A DNA stretch of 64,000 nt, from contig JBNRMN010000063.1 in the NCBI GenBank assembly GCA_050309605.1, positions 32,001-96,000 on the forward strand, given 5' to 3'. The position numbers and the translations under genes were made by a program. Under the pieces are notes generated by a model, which was not told the origin of the DNA, ran no database searches, and saw only the letters and a program-made list of their open reading frames with translations. The DNA is from Anaerohalosphaeraceae bacterium. GTDB taxonomy: Bacteria > Planctomycetota > Phycisphaerae > Sedimentisphaerales > Anaerohalosphaeraceae. Positions within the stretch are counted from its first letter, which is position 1. Every line of letters starts with the position of its first letter. Shown one piece after another: positions 25,715 to 35,523 of the stretch.

Positions 25715-27583
25715 TCAGTTGCTTTGCAATGTATTGAAGGAAATACAACTGCTCTTCAATTCTGTCTTTTTGAATTCCTCATCATAAAAGCGTCTGGCCC
25801 TTAAATTTTCTTCTTGCTCATCCAAAATGGATTCTATTAAAACAAGTAATTCTGTCAAATCAAATGGTATTGTAAGACCCGTGCAAAGATTTGGTTTTAG
25901 AATATCTTTGGGAAGTTCATGTATATGAGCGGAATAAAAAATAACAGGGACTTCTGGACTTATTGTACAGATGTATTTTCTATAAAATGCAACTCCAGCC
26001 CATTTTTCGTTGCTGTCCACAAGGCAATTTCCAAAAGGCCTGTTCATATTTTGCATAATCAGGTCATATTTTCTTTTTTGAATTAGACATAGTGCCGTAT
26101 CGTTATCATATGCAGCTTCTACATCGAAATCGTTCATTTCGAATCTGTCTTTAAGTGTTTGTACTATATTTCTCTCGTCATTAATAATTAGAATTCTACG
26201 TTTATATTTAAAGGTCTTAAAGCCTTCGCATTGCTGTGGTTCATCGTCCATGTGTTCAGCTTTATCATAAAGGCCGGTAATATAATTGAGAATCAGACTG
26301 CAAACAACTTGAATGATCAATACGCCTAAGATTCCCGAGCTGATTTTCCAGAAAGGAGAAGTTGCATTGAATAACCCACCGAATGAAACACCGATATACC
26401 AACCATAAACAATTGACAAAATATAAGGGACAAACTGCTGCATAAAAGGTTCATGCGATAGCAAAGCAAGAAAATTAGGAAGGAGCCAGAAAAACACCAT
26501 TAAAGGCAGAAATAAAATGTTTCCGGTTACGAAAAGACAAATCGCTGTTAAAATTGGAAGGATATTGAACTGCCAGATATTTAAACAATGTACAGAGCCA
26601 TATACGCGAGTATAAATCCTGCCGACAGAAAGATATTTTAGCCACAAGAGTACCAGCACAATTCCTGCACTATATGCCGAGACACGAAAAAAAACATGCT
26701 CTTGATACAAATACATCAGGCCAGAAATACAAATCCCGAAAACAATAAGAATGGTCTTGATTAATGGTATGCTTAACCAATTTCCTCCGACAAGGTAAAG
26801 AGCGCCCCCGATTTTTTGACTTACCTTAAACCCAATTTCTTTTTGCAGGTATGAGGGCAACACTAAAGAATTTTCGTATAGTATAGATTGAGCTTCTTGA
26901 CGCAAAGATTCATCATCCGGAAGTTTGTGCTGCAAGCAATAATATACATAAGGTGGGATTGATACAATAAATTGATTTAAAGGAGAAAGCTCTTTGTATG
27001 GTATAGAACCCATATTGGAAATTATCAGAGTTTGATAAATAAGATCCTTTCTTTTTGTATCTATTACTCCTAGCGAACGCATAACTATATCAAACGCTTC
27101 TTCGTATTCAATTCCTTGTAGCAACACATGATTAAACGCATTCCCCAACTCGTGTATCTGTTTATAGCAAAACTGTTTCATTCTGTCAGACATTATAACA
27201 ACGTTGTCATTTGCACGTTCTGTACTTCTTATAGTCTGTTGCGATTCCCCATAATAATTGGACCCGGGACTACCTTTTAGAAAACCCAATTCGATTAGAC
27301 TCCACATTGGACCGATCAAGGGGACAAAGTTTACCAGACACCACCATCCTGACTTGTTTCGATCGTGCCATCTTTTGATTTGAATAACATAAAATGGCCA
27401 ATTAAGACAAAGGCCTAAAATGACTAAATATATCACAAGGGAATTGCGATATAGAGCTTCGCTATCGAACTCATCTAAATAAGCAAGGATAATTCCGGGT
27501 AAACAGCACAAGGAACACACAAGCCAGAATGTTTTTCGATTGACTCGTCCGAACGGCGAAAATAACAGTTCAATGACAGACAT
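25715..27583 (-). CDS. DUF805 domain / multi-TM / receiver-like domain fusion
   Basis: FSPFGRVNRKTFW...KRWHDRNKSGWW..G..GSNYYG; central TM block; C-terminal RILIINDE...YDLIMQN...VPVIFYSA; AT-rich. Confidence 0.75.
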   Translation of the reverse strand: MSVIELLFSPFGRVNRKTFWLVCSLCCLPGIILAYLDEFDSEALYRNSLVIYLVILGLCLNWPFYVIQIKRWHDRNKSGWWCLVNFVPLIGPMWSLIELGFLKGSPGSNYYGESQQTIRSTERANDNVVIMSDRMKQFCYKQIHELGNAFNHVLLQGIEYEEAFDIVMRSLGVIDTKRKDLIYQTLIISNMGSIPYKELSPLNQFIVSIPPYVYYCLQHKLPDDESLRQEAQSILYENSLVLPSYLQKEIGFKVSQKIGGALYLVGGNWLSIPLIKTILIVFGICISGLMYLYQEHVFFRVSAYSAGIVLVLLWLKYLSVGRIYTRVYGSVHCLNIWQFNILPILTAICLFVTGNILFLPLMVFFWLLPNFLALLSHEPFMQQFVPYILSIVYGWYIGVSFGGLFNATSPFWKISSGILGVLIIQVVCSLILNYITGLYDKAEHMDDEPQQCEGFKTFKYKRRILIINDERNIVQTLKDRFEMNDFDVEAAYDNDTALCLIQKRKYDLIMQNMNRPFGNCLVDSNEKWAGVAFYRKYICTISPEVPVIFYSAHIHELPKDILKPNLCTGLTIPFDLTELLVLIESILDEQEENLRARRFYDEEFKKTELKSSCISFNTLQSN

Positions 27584-27909
27584 TACGGATCCCCTTTACT
27601 GTTATAGAGAGCGATACCCGATACGATAAACGTCGCGCCGCAGATCACATCAATCGGAATCCATAGCTCCCGTGGCAGATGGATTGGAACGAATGGATTG
27701 AACAGCGCTGCGATTCCCCCGAACAGCCATGCGGCCCGCAACTTCCCCCATTGATATGCGGTATAGGCAAAATACGCCCCGACCCCGCACACGACCAGCC
27801 GCAGCAATTGATAATACCCATACGGCCACGGCCCAACAGCAGCCAGCAGCATCGCTCCTGCCCCGACTCCCGGCCACAAAAGCGACCTATTCCAAATGCC
27901 CTTGTTCAT
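27583..27909 (-). CDS. Small membrane protein, DUF6804-like
   Basis: WPYGYYQLLRLVV...LFNPFVPIHL..ELW..ID; TAATG overlap with the next gene. Confidence 0.75.
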   Translation of the reverse strand: MNKGIWNRSLLWPGVGAGAMLLAAVGPWPYGYYQLLRLVVCGVGAYFAYTAYQWGKLRAAWLFGGIAALFNPFVPIHLPRELWIPIDVICGATFIVSGIALYNSKGDP

Positions 27910-28085
27910 TCTTTGCGCCCTGATGATGTTTTTGGCAATTTCAGGTCTATCTTGTCCCGAAACAGCCTTGTATTCAAAAAATTTGACAAAACCCTATCGG
28001 CCTTTGAGCGCCCGCACTTAATGTAATAATCTGAAAAACCGAACAATCAGAAGAAACGGTATCCGTCCTTTATGAAGAATCGGTC

Positions 28086-28589
28086 CTACAGGTTTCGCCG
28101 GACGACTGCTGCGGCGGCCAGTTTCTGGCTGACGCTGCTGTCGGGATCGGTCACGGTCATGACGATGCGCACATTGCGTGTCAGATCAGGATCGCCGTTC
28201 ACCGCCGCCCGGCTGAATGTCATTGCAGAAATATGCCGGCAGAGCACATATTCATCTGCATCCGCATCTGTCTTAAGATAGAGGATTCCGGACGGGCGGT
28301 GAAATCGATACGTAATTGAAACGGGCGGAATATCGGGCGTGGTTAAGCTCAGATAGTCGTTGTCCTCATCGCTTTCAATCGCGACATTGTTGGCCGTGCG
28401 CACGTCGTTGGTCAGACGCAGCAGGGTCTGGCGGGCGGCATTGACGGTGCGGTAGATGCCCTGGTTGTCCTGATAATTCTTGATCGAGGCGTCAAAGGCC
28501 ACCGCCACCGCCGCCATCAGCATCCCGAAAATCGCCAGCGACAGCAGCAGCTCCACCAGGGTAAACGCTTTTTGATGTTTCTTATGCAT
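28086..28589 (-). CDS. Minor pilin/pseudopilin (prepilin N-terminal methylation motif)
   Basis: KA-FTLVELLLSLAI. Confidence 0.9.
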   Translation of the reverse strand: MHKKHQKAFTLVELLLSLAIFGMLMAAVAVAFDASIKNYQDNQGIYRTVNAARQTLLRLTNDVRTANNVAIESDEDNDYLSLTTPDIPPVSITYRFHRPSGILYLKTDADADEYVLCRHISAMTFSRAAVNGDPDLTRNVRIVMTVTDPDSSVSQKLAAAAVVRRNL

Positions 28590-28613
28590 AGTCATCGCTC
28601 CGTTTTCAGCAAA

Positions 28614-28692
28614 AGCCAGGCCGCGCGAGCGGCCGGATAACGACACCCTGTCGGCATCGTCTTTATCGGACAGCTCGCGCTGCCGCGCTGTT
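28614..28692. repeat. REP doublet (family A)
   Basis: GCCGC-GCGA-GCGGCCGGAT ... ATCGGACAGC-TCGC-GCTGCCGCGCTGTT, abutting the upstream pilin stop. Confidence 0.8.
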
Positions 28693-29129
28693 TAATCCAG
28701 ATTGGCCCGAATCCAACTCGCTTCGCTAATGAATTGATCGTTTTTGTAAATACGAACGGTAATTTTTCGAAAGTCGGTGGTAGGGTTAGCGGGTGTCTCA
28801 AAATCCACACCTGAAACAGGTTTTACATAGACTTTTTGTGTGAATGCGGCAAAGTCGTCCAGCGGATTGCCTTCCATATCAATCGGTGTCGGATATACAA
28901 TCCAATCCGATGTCGGCGTAAAATCATTGAATGCCATAATCGCATAGCGTTCGCGGATTTCTTCGATGAGAAACTCAGCGGTTGACAGATCGACGCCGGC
29001 GGCGTTGGCCATCGTAAAGGCCGTGTTCGAGGCAACCAGCGCCGCGATCACCAGTCCGATCAGCAGCGCGGCAAACAGCGACTCAAGCAGCGTAAAACCG
29101 CCCATTTGCTTTCCACGTCGTCTATTCAT
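28692..29129 (-). CDS. Minor pilin/pseudopilin (PilV/GspI-like)
   Basis: GG-FTLLESLFAALLIGL. Confidence 0.85.
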   Translation of the reverse strand: MNRRRGKQMGGFTLLESLFAALLIGLVIAALVASNTAFTMANAAGVDLSTAEFLIEEIRERYAIMAFNDFTPTSDWIVYPTPIDMEGNPLDDFAAFTQKVYVKPVSGVDFETPANPTTDFRKITVRIYKNDQFISEASWIRANLD

Positions 29130-29168
29130 ATTCAGCTCCAATGATTATTTCAGCGTTCACAGCGTTTG

Positions 29169-29221
29169 GATGGACGATGGACGATAAAAAGATCTCCATC
29201 GAAAATCGTCCGTCGTCCATC
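29169..29221. repeat. Heptamer-based hairpin
   Basis: GATGGAC GATGGAC GAT ... ATC GTCCGTC GTCCATC, just after the pilC stop. Confidence 0.75.
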
Positions 29222-29229
29222 GTCATTTC

Positions 29230-30390
29230 CTATCCCGTCGCCAGACTGGACATCTTGAAGATGGGCAGAATAATACTCATCGCGATAAAGCCGACCAGCA
29301 CCCCCATCACGACGATCATAATCGGTTCGATCATACTGGTGACGGTTTTGATCACGGTTTTCAGTTCGCGGGCATAGAACTCGGAGATATCGCCGAGCAC
29401 TTCGCCGAGCGTGCCGGATTCTTCGCCGCTTTGAATCATCTGGACGACATTACCGGGCATCAGCGCATAATCGCCGAGACTGCCGGCGATCTTGCGTCCC
29501 TGACGCACCGCCTCGTGCACGCCTTTCCACATATGCTCATACAGCATGTTGCCGGAGATGTGCGCGGTAATGGAAAGCGAGTCCAGAATCGGCACGCCCG
29601 CGTTGGTCAACACACCCATCGTGTGCATACTCCGGGTAATATACAGGCTGCGGCACAGCGTCTTGAGCAGCGGAATCCGCAGTTTGGTTTTGTCCCACCA
29701 GTATTTGCCTCCGGCGGTTTTATTGGTGACATACCAGAACCCCATCAGCGCTGCGCCGAGGCCGGGAAAGATCAGGAACCAATAGCTGCTCATCACGCCG
29801 CTGATGACCATAATGATGCGCGTCGGCGTCGGCAGCAGGTGCTCTCGACCGGCAAAGACGGTCAAAAACCGCGGCAGCACAAAGGTCAGCAAAAACGTCG
29901 TCGTCGAAATGGCCATCACGGCAATGATGATCGGATAGACCATCGCGCTGATGACCTGGCTGCGGGTCTCGGCCTCCTGATCGAGGTATTCGACAAGCTG
30001 CTGGAGCATTGAACTCATCGAGCCGGAGATTTCCGCCGCGGCGATCATATTGATATACAGATTGCTGAACACCTCAGGATGTTCGGCCAGTGCCTGCGAG
30101 AAACTCTGTCCGCCTTCAATGCGGTTTTTCAGGTCAAAGACAACGGTGCGAAATTTTTCTTTTTCAATTTGCGAGCCGATGGATTCCAGTGCATCCTGCA
30201 GGCTGATGCCGGCGCGAACCATGACCGCCAATTGGTTGCTGAAGTTTAGTATATCTTTACGACTGGGGCCGAACTCCATTCGAAATCCGCTTTTGGCCGG
30301 ACGTGCGGCCTGTTCGGATGCGCCGCGGGTCTGGCGGGACGGAGCGGCGGATTTCTGCTTCTTGGCCGTCAACTGTTCCATAAACGACAT
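29230..30390 (-). CDS. pilC: Type IV pilus / T2SS inner membrane platform protein (PilC/GspF)
   Basis: QLAVMVRAGI, AEISG, AMVYP, GEESGTL, IEP..LPIF. Confidence 0.93.
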   Translation of the reverse strand: MSFMEQLTAKKQKSAAPSRQTRGASEQAARPAKSGFRMEFGPSRKDILNFSNQLAVMVRAGISLQDALESIGSQIEKEKFRTVVFDLKNRIEGGQSFSQALAEHPEVFSNLYINMIAAAEISGSMSSMLQQLVEYLDQEAETRSQVISAMVYPIIIAVMAISTTTFLLTFVLPRFLTVFAGREHLLPTPTRIIMVISGVMSSYWFLIFPGLGAALMGFWYVTNKTAGGKYWWDKTKLRIPLLKTLCRSLYITRSMHTMGVLTNAGVPILDSLSITAHISGNMLYEHMWKGVHEAVRQGRKIAGSLGDYALMPGNVVQMIQSGEESGTLGEVLGDISEFYARELKTVIKTVTSMIEPIMIVVMGVLVGFIAMSIILPIFKMSSLATG

Positions 30391-30462
30391 GATGGTATTC
30401 CCCATTGTTGTGTGCTCGAATGCACGCACTCATTTGAAAACAATTCAAACTCCACGCTATGC

Positions 30463-30510
30463 AATTCAGAATTCAGAATTCAGAATTCAGAATTTAGAAT
30501 TTAGAATTTT
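30463..30510. repeat. Heptamer tandem repeat (AATTCAG)x4 (AATTTAG)x2
   Basis: Directly visible, immediately after the pilT stop. Confidence 0.95.
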
Positions 30511-30511
30511 C

Positions 30512-31597
30512 TTATGCGTTCTGCATGGCCGGTTCGGGCCGCGCCGGCAGCAGTTTTTCCATCTTGCCGGGATTGCTGGATCGCATAATCGCCTCGTCGC
30601 GTTCAATAAAGCCCTGCATATACATATTTTGAATGCTGTGGTCCATGCTCTGCATTCCCAGCCGCCGCGATGTTTCGATGATGTTGGGAATTTCATAGAC
30701 GCGGTTTTCACGGATGCAGTTGCGAACCGCCGAGGTACACAGCAGGATTTCGACGCACGGCACCATCCCCGGCTTATCCACGCGGCGAAACAGCGTCTGC
30801 GAGATGACGGCCTGAAGCGTGTTGGACAGCATCGCGCGAATCTGGTTCTGCTGACTGGCCGGATAAATGTCGATGATACGTTCGACGGTCTGCGAGGCGT
30901 TGACGGTGTGCAGCGTGCTGAAGACCAAATGCCCCGTTTCGGCGGCGGTGATGGTCGAACTGGTCGTCTCCAGGTCGCGCATTTCGCCGACCAGAATGAT
31001 ATCCGGGTCCTGACGCAGGACGTGCCGCAGGCCGGAGGCAAACGACGTGCAGTCCGAACCGATTTCACGCTGTTCAATCATACACGATTTATTGTCGAGC
31101 AGATATTCGACGGGATCTTCCAGCGTGATGATGCGTTTTTTGTATTTGCGGTTAATCACGCCGATCATCGCCGCCAGCGAGGTACTCTTGCCCGATCCGG
31201 TATGGCCGGTGACAATGACCAGTCCGCGGGGCAGGTCGGTCAGTTCCTTGACGACTTCAGGCAGATGCAGGTCGTCGATATTGGGTACTTGATTGGAAAT
31301 GGCACGAAACGAGATCGCGATGCCGGCCTTCTGGAAGTGGGCGTTGACGCGGAACCGGCTGCCGTCGTCGATCATGGTCGAGAAATCCAGGTCGCGTTTT
31401 TCCATAAACGCCTTGAATTTCGCCTCGCCGACCATCGCCAGCACCATCTTGCCGGCGTCCTCTTCGCTGACCACCGGCAGATCCATCAAAATCAGTTCCG
31501 TGTTAATTCGCATCACCGGCGGCATGCCGACATTGATGTGCACGTCCGAGGCGCCGCGTTCAATGGCGGTCGCAAGCATTTGTTTAATATCAATCAT
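30512..31597 (-). CDS. pilT: Type IV pilus retraction ATPase
   Basis: GHTGSGKSTS, EDPVEY, LRQDPD..GEMRD, TGHLVFSTLH, AVRNCIRE, GMQ. Confidence 0.95.
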   Translation of the reverse strand: MIDIKQMLATAIERGASDVHINVGMPPVMRINTELILMDLPVVSEEDAGKMVLAMVGEAKFKAFMEKRDLDFSTMIDDGSRFRVNAHFQKAGIAISFRAISNQVPNIDDLHLPEVVKELTDLPRGLVIVTGHTGSGKSTSLAAMIGVINRKYKKRIITLEDPVEYLLDNKSCMIEQREIGSDCTSFASGLRHVLRQDPDIILVGEMRDLETTSSTITAAETGHLVFSTLHTVNASQTVERIIDIYPASQQNQIRAMLSNTLQAVISQTLFRRVDKPGMVPCVEILLCTSAVRNCIRENRVYEIPNIIETSRRLGMQSMDHSIQNMYMQGFIERDEAIMRSSNPGKMEKLLPARPEPAMQNA

Positions 31598-31647
31598 CGC
31601 AAAATCCTTAGTCTGATTTCTGGTCGTTGTCTTCTGTCTTTTGCCGT

Positions 31648-33510
31648 TTATCCACTGGCGTTTCGGCTGAAGGCCGCCGGATCAAGACCTTCGGCCTCGG
31701 TTACCCGCAGAACTTCTTCGATGCTGGTGATGCCGTGTTTGACCTTGGTCAGGCCGTCTTCAAACAAGCTGGGCCAGCCGCTGTTGCGAAACGCCCGCCG
31801 CATGTTGTTGACCGACGAGTCGGAGTTGATCATTTCGCGAAAGGCGTCGTCCACGATCAGCAGTTCGTGGATGCCGCAGCGTCCGGCATAACCGCTGTTG
31901 CGGCACTGATCGCAGCCTTTGCCCATCAGCAGTTCGTGCGGCTCGATCCGGCCAATCTCAAGATATTTTCGCAGATTGTCCGGCGGATCAAACGGCTCTT
32001 TGCAGTTGGTGCACAGCCGACGCACCAGACGCTGAGCCAGAATGCCGTTCAGCGATGCGGCGATCAGATACGGCTCCAGCCCGATATTGACCAGACGCGA
32101 CACACTGCTGGGCGCGTCGTTGGTGTGCAGTGTACTGAGCACCAAATGGCCGGTCAGAGCCGCCTGTACCGCGATCCGTGCGGTTTCCGAGTCGCGGATT
32201 TCGCCGATCATAATGATGTCCGGATCCTGCCGCAGCAGCGACCGCAGCGCCGCCGAAAAGGTCAGGCCGGCCTTTTCGTTGACCTGCACCTGATTGCAGA
32301 ATTCAAGGTTGTATTCGACCGGATCTTCCACGGTGGACACATTCAACGTCTTGCTGTCCATCTGGGCCAGCGCCGAATACAGGGTGGTGCTTTTACCGCT
32401 GCCGGTCGGACCGGTGACCAGCAGGATACCGTGGGGCCGGGCGATTTGCTCGCGAAAGGCCTCCAGCAGCCGCGGCTCCATTCCCATTTTGTCCAGCCCG
32501 ATCATAATGCTCTTGCTGTCCAGCAGGCGGATGACCACCTTTTCGCCGTGGCTGGTCGGCAGCACCGAGACGCGCAGGTCAACGCCGCGACCGCCCATAA
32601 TGACGGCGATTTTGCCGTCCTGCGGAATGCGCCGCTCGGATATGTCCAGATTGGACATAATCTTCAGACGCGAGACAATCGCCGCGTGCATTTTGGCCGG
32701 CGCCTGCATCGAGTCAAACAGCACGCCGTCGATACGGTAGCGGATTTTGGTTTGTTTTTCCTTCGGCTCGATATGAATGTCGCTGGCGCCTTCGTGCAGC
32801 GCGTTGCTCAGGACATAATTGACGAATTTGATGACAGGCGATTCGCCGGCGCTTTTTTCGAGGTCTTCGATGTCCTCTTCGCTGTCCTGCACCAGTTCAA
32901 TATCGTCCAGGTCGCTGACAAACTCGTCCACATTGTAGTTGAACTTACTGTCATCAAAAGCTTCGCAGACCTTGTCGATGTCTTCAGCCGGACAGACGAT
33001 CACATCAACCGTCATTCCCGTTTGCCGCTTGACATCGTCAATCGCAAACACGTTGGCCGGATCGGACGTGCCGACGGTCAGCACATTGTCCTGCACGGCA
33101 ACCGGCAGCAGGTGATTGGTGCTGATGTATTTAAGATCGAGCATGCCGAATGCTTTTTTGTCCACATCGTCCGGGTCAATGCGGCGAAACGCATAGCCGT
33201 ACAATTCGGCCTTGGCGATCAGAATCTGTTCCTGGCTGATCTCGCAGCGGTCCAGGATTTTTTCGACCGGGCAGCCGCTGCGCCGCCGTTCGTCGCGAAT
33301 CTGAGCGGCCTGTTCGTCATCAAGCAGCGACTGACTGACCAGAATATCGACCACGTCCCTGAAGCGCGTCTTGGATGCGGTCATCTGCGGACTGTACAGA
33401 TTGCGCAGCCCCGGCGCCAGTTCGGTCTGGCCGGTGTCCGAGTCATCCAGGATCGCGCTGTAATCGGCGGGAGGCGCCGACGGATTTTTTTTGCTGAATA
33501 TCCGTTTCAT
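31648..33510 (-). CDS. pilB: Type IV pilus / T2SS assembly ATPase (PilB/GspE)
   Basis: ASDIHIEP, GPTGSGKSTT, QRLVRRLC..C, GCDQC tetracysteine. Confidence 0.94.
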   Translation of the reverse strand: MKRIFSKKNPSAPPADYSAILDDSDTGQTELAPGLRNLYSPQMTASKTRFRDVVDILVSQSLLDDEQAAQIRDERRRSGCPVEKILDRCEISQEQILIAKAELYGYAFRRIDPDDVDKKAFGMLDLKYISTNHLLPVAVQDNVLTVGTSDPANVFAIDDVKRQTGMTVDVIVCPAEDIDKVCEAFDDSKFNYNVDEFVSDLDDIELVQDSEEDIEDLEKSAGESPVIKFVNYVLSNALHEGASDIHIEPKEKQTKIRYRIDGVLFDSMQAPAKMHAAIVSRLKIMSNLDISERRIPQDGKIAVIMGGRGVDLRVSVLPTSHGEKVVIRLLDSKSIMIGLDKMGMEPRLLEAFREQIARPHGILLVTGPTGSGKSTTLYSALAQMDSKTLNVSTVEDPVEYNLEFCNQVQVNEKAGLTFSAALRSLLRQDPDIIMIGEIRDSETARIAVQAALTGHLVLSTLHTNDAPSSVSRLVNIGLEPYLIAASLNGILAQRLVRRLCTNCKEPFDPPDNLRKYLEIGRIEPHELLMGKGCDQCRNSGYAGRCGIHELLIVDDAFREMINSDSSVNNMRRAFRNSGWPSLFEDGLTKVKHGITSIEEVLRVTEAEGLDPAAFSRNASG

Positions 33511-34163
33511 TCGTCCATCTTCAATTGAATGCTGAGACCTTCATAAGTCAAATCGACGGTGTTAGTGCCGATATGACTGACGGTCAGGTCGTTGATTTCG
33601 TCGCCGACATACAGTATTTTATCGTTGATCATACAGCATACCCCGCGCGGGGTGGAGGTAATCGACCAGAGCTGCATCTCCTGCGCTGTCCGGCTGATCT
33701 TGTCCTGCATCAGCCGAAGCTGTTCCTGTCGCCGGCGGTCTTCGTCGCTGCCGGCCTGGCCGGCGGCGACTTCCCGTTTGAACGGATTTTTCTGAAGTTC
33801 ATCGACGTGGATTTGTCCGATATTGGAGAACTGATAAAAACGCCCCACGACCGAATCCATTTGGGTGTTCATTTCCGTCTGCATCCCGCTCAGCTGGGCG
33901 ATGGCCGCTTCCAACTGGGTCTGGTCTTCGGCGGCCGCGGCCGCGGCCGATGCCGGCGTGGTTTTTTTAATCATAAACCATACCCCCAGCGCTCCGACGG
34001 CAAACATCACCATCAGCATAATCGTGCTTTGCCGCAGTTTCCGCGTATGCCCCGAGACGGTCAGAAAATCGTTCTGGAGACTGGGCGCTTCCGTGCCGTT
34101 TTCCTGAGATGAGGCCTCGACAGCGGGTATCTTGCTTTGACCTTCTTTTAAGTATGACAACAT
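33507..34163 (-). CDS. Single-TM pilus assembly accessory protein (PilP/GspC-like position)
   Basis: One TM, NPF motif, C-terminal beta region (INDKILYVGDEI); lies between pilO and pilB. Confidence 0.6.
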   Translation of the reverse strand: MLSYLKEGQSKIPAVEASSQENGTEAPSLQNDFLTVSGHTRKLRQSTIMLMVMFAVGALGVWFMIKKTTPASAAAAAAEDQTQLEAAIAQLSGMQTEMNTQMDSVVGRFYQFSNIGQIHVDELQKNPFKREVAAGQAGSDEDRRRQEQLRLMQDKISRTAQEMQLWSITSTPRGVCCMINDKILYVGDEINDLTVSHIGTNTVDLTYEGLSIQLKMDE

Positions 34164-34201
34164 AACCGAACTCCGTAAAAGAGGGAACGTAACAGTTGTG
34201 C

Positions 34202-34738
34202 TCAGGCCGGAGATTTCTGGAAGAAAATACTCATGACAAATTCCGATTCGGTCTGGCCTTCGGTTTGTGATTTCTTTTTGAGTTTGAGTTCGCGGATTTT
34301 GGTGATGCGATCCAGTTTTTCCAACTCCAGCAGAAATGCATAATAGGCGTGAAAATCGCCGTGCAGTTCCATGCGGAGCGGCTGTTCGATGTATCCTCTA
34401 TTTTCAACGGCCTTCATCGTTCGAATGGTTTTGGGCGTTAGGCCGTGGCGTTGTGCGATCAGCGTCACGTTTTCAAGAACGGTGTGAATTTCGCTGCTGG
34501 GCGGCAGTTTGCTCTCAAAGACGGCAATGGCCTCTTCTACTTTGTGAAGCTGCCCGGTCAGGTCATCGGCTGCTGCGGTGGCCCGCTCCAGCTCGTCGAG
34601 CTTGGCGCGTTTTTGCTCCATGGCCGTGCGTTCCTGATCCAGGTGAGTGTTGGCCGGTTTGATCATATAAGCATAGGCCGCATAGGCCAGCCCGATGATC
34701 AGAACAAAGAAAATCAAATGTCGAAATCCGCTTGTCAT
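34202..34738 (-). CDS. pilO: Type IV pilus assembly protein PilO
   Basis: TM, coiled coil, LP..SEI..L, G.F...FL..LE.LDRI. Confidence 0.85.
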   Translation of the reverse strand: MTSGFRHLIFFVLIIGLAYAAYAYMIKPANTHLDQERTAMEQKRAKLDELERATAAADDLTGQLHKVEEAIAVFESKLPPSSEIHTVLENVTLIAQRHGLTPKTIRTMKAVENRGYIEQPLRMELHGDFHAYYAFLLELEKLDRITKIRELKLKKKSQTEGQTESEFVMSIFFQKSPA

Positions 34739-34764
34739 AGGACAGGTCCTTTCTCGCAGACGAC

Positions 34765-35475
34765 TTATAACAGGGCTTCGTCGCGTTTACGCCGTATGGA
34801 GTCAATATCTTCTTTGGTCAGTGTCAGATTGGGCTTGAGCATAGCGCGCAGCTTGAATTCGCGAAACTTCACCTCGTCGATGATCCGTTCTTTGGATTCC
34901 ACCAGCTCGACGCGCCCCAGCAAAATGGAACCGTTCAGCCGAGCGATGTAGGCGGCCACTTCAATATCACTGGGGGCGATGCCCATCAATTCGAGGTTGG
35001 TCTCGATCCGACGCTGCGGTTCTTCAGGGGCCTGGGGTTTGGCGGTTTTGGCCTGATATTGATTGGCGGGCTTGCTTGCCGGTTTTGTCGATGCGGAAGC
35101 GACGCGCAGCTCTTTTTCCTCCAGACCCAGATCCAGAAGCGAAACACCCGTCGGCAGATTATTGGTCAGTGCGGCCAGGATGACGCTGCGGGGCACCGGC
35201 TCAAGCAGTTCAGCCGTCATCACCATGGTTTTGAGCATGGTCTGCCCTTTGGCCTTGAGTTCTTCAAGCTGGGCAATCTGTTCTTTGGCTTTGGCCATCC
35301 GTGCATTGAGTGTGATCATTTCCATATTCACGGCCCGCTGACGCATTTTAATAAAGCCGAATGTAATGCCAATAGCTCCCAGCATCGCCATCAACAGCAT
35401 CAGATACATCAGATTGGCGCGACTGGATTGGCGCTGCTGAATGTAATCATTCGGAACAAAATTGATCGTTCCCAT
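34765..35475 (-). CDS. pilN: Type IV pilus assembly protein PilN
   Basis: INFVP start motif, TM, coiled coil, LPTGV. Confidence 0.85.
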   Translation of the reverse strand: MGTINFVPNDYIQQRQSSRANLMYLMLLMAMLGAIGITFGFIKMRQRAVNMEMITLNARMAKAKEQIAQLEELKAKGQTMLKTMVMTAELLEPVPRSVILAALTNNLPTGVSLLDLGLEEKELRVASASTKPASKPANQYQAKTAKPQAPEEPQRRIETNLELMGIAPSDIEVAAYIARLNGSILLGRVELVESKERIIDEVKFREFKLRAMLKPNLTLTKEDIDSIRRKRDEALL

Positions 35476-35523
35476 AAGAACCTCGGTTAAAAATCAATAC
35501 CATTTCGATTTCTGTCACAACCT

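Noticed and set aside
24890..28080. Integron cassette array or prophage remnant
   Set aside because: No attC-like RYYYAAC...GTTRRRY palindromes were found between the genes, and there are no integrase or phage genes.
30050..33528. Long plus-strand ORFs (613 and 633 aa)
   Set aside because: They are antisense shadows of pilT and pilB in GC-rich DNA with no recognisable motifs.
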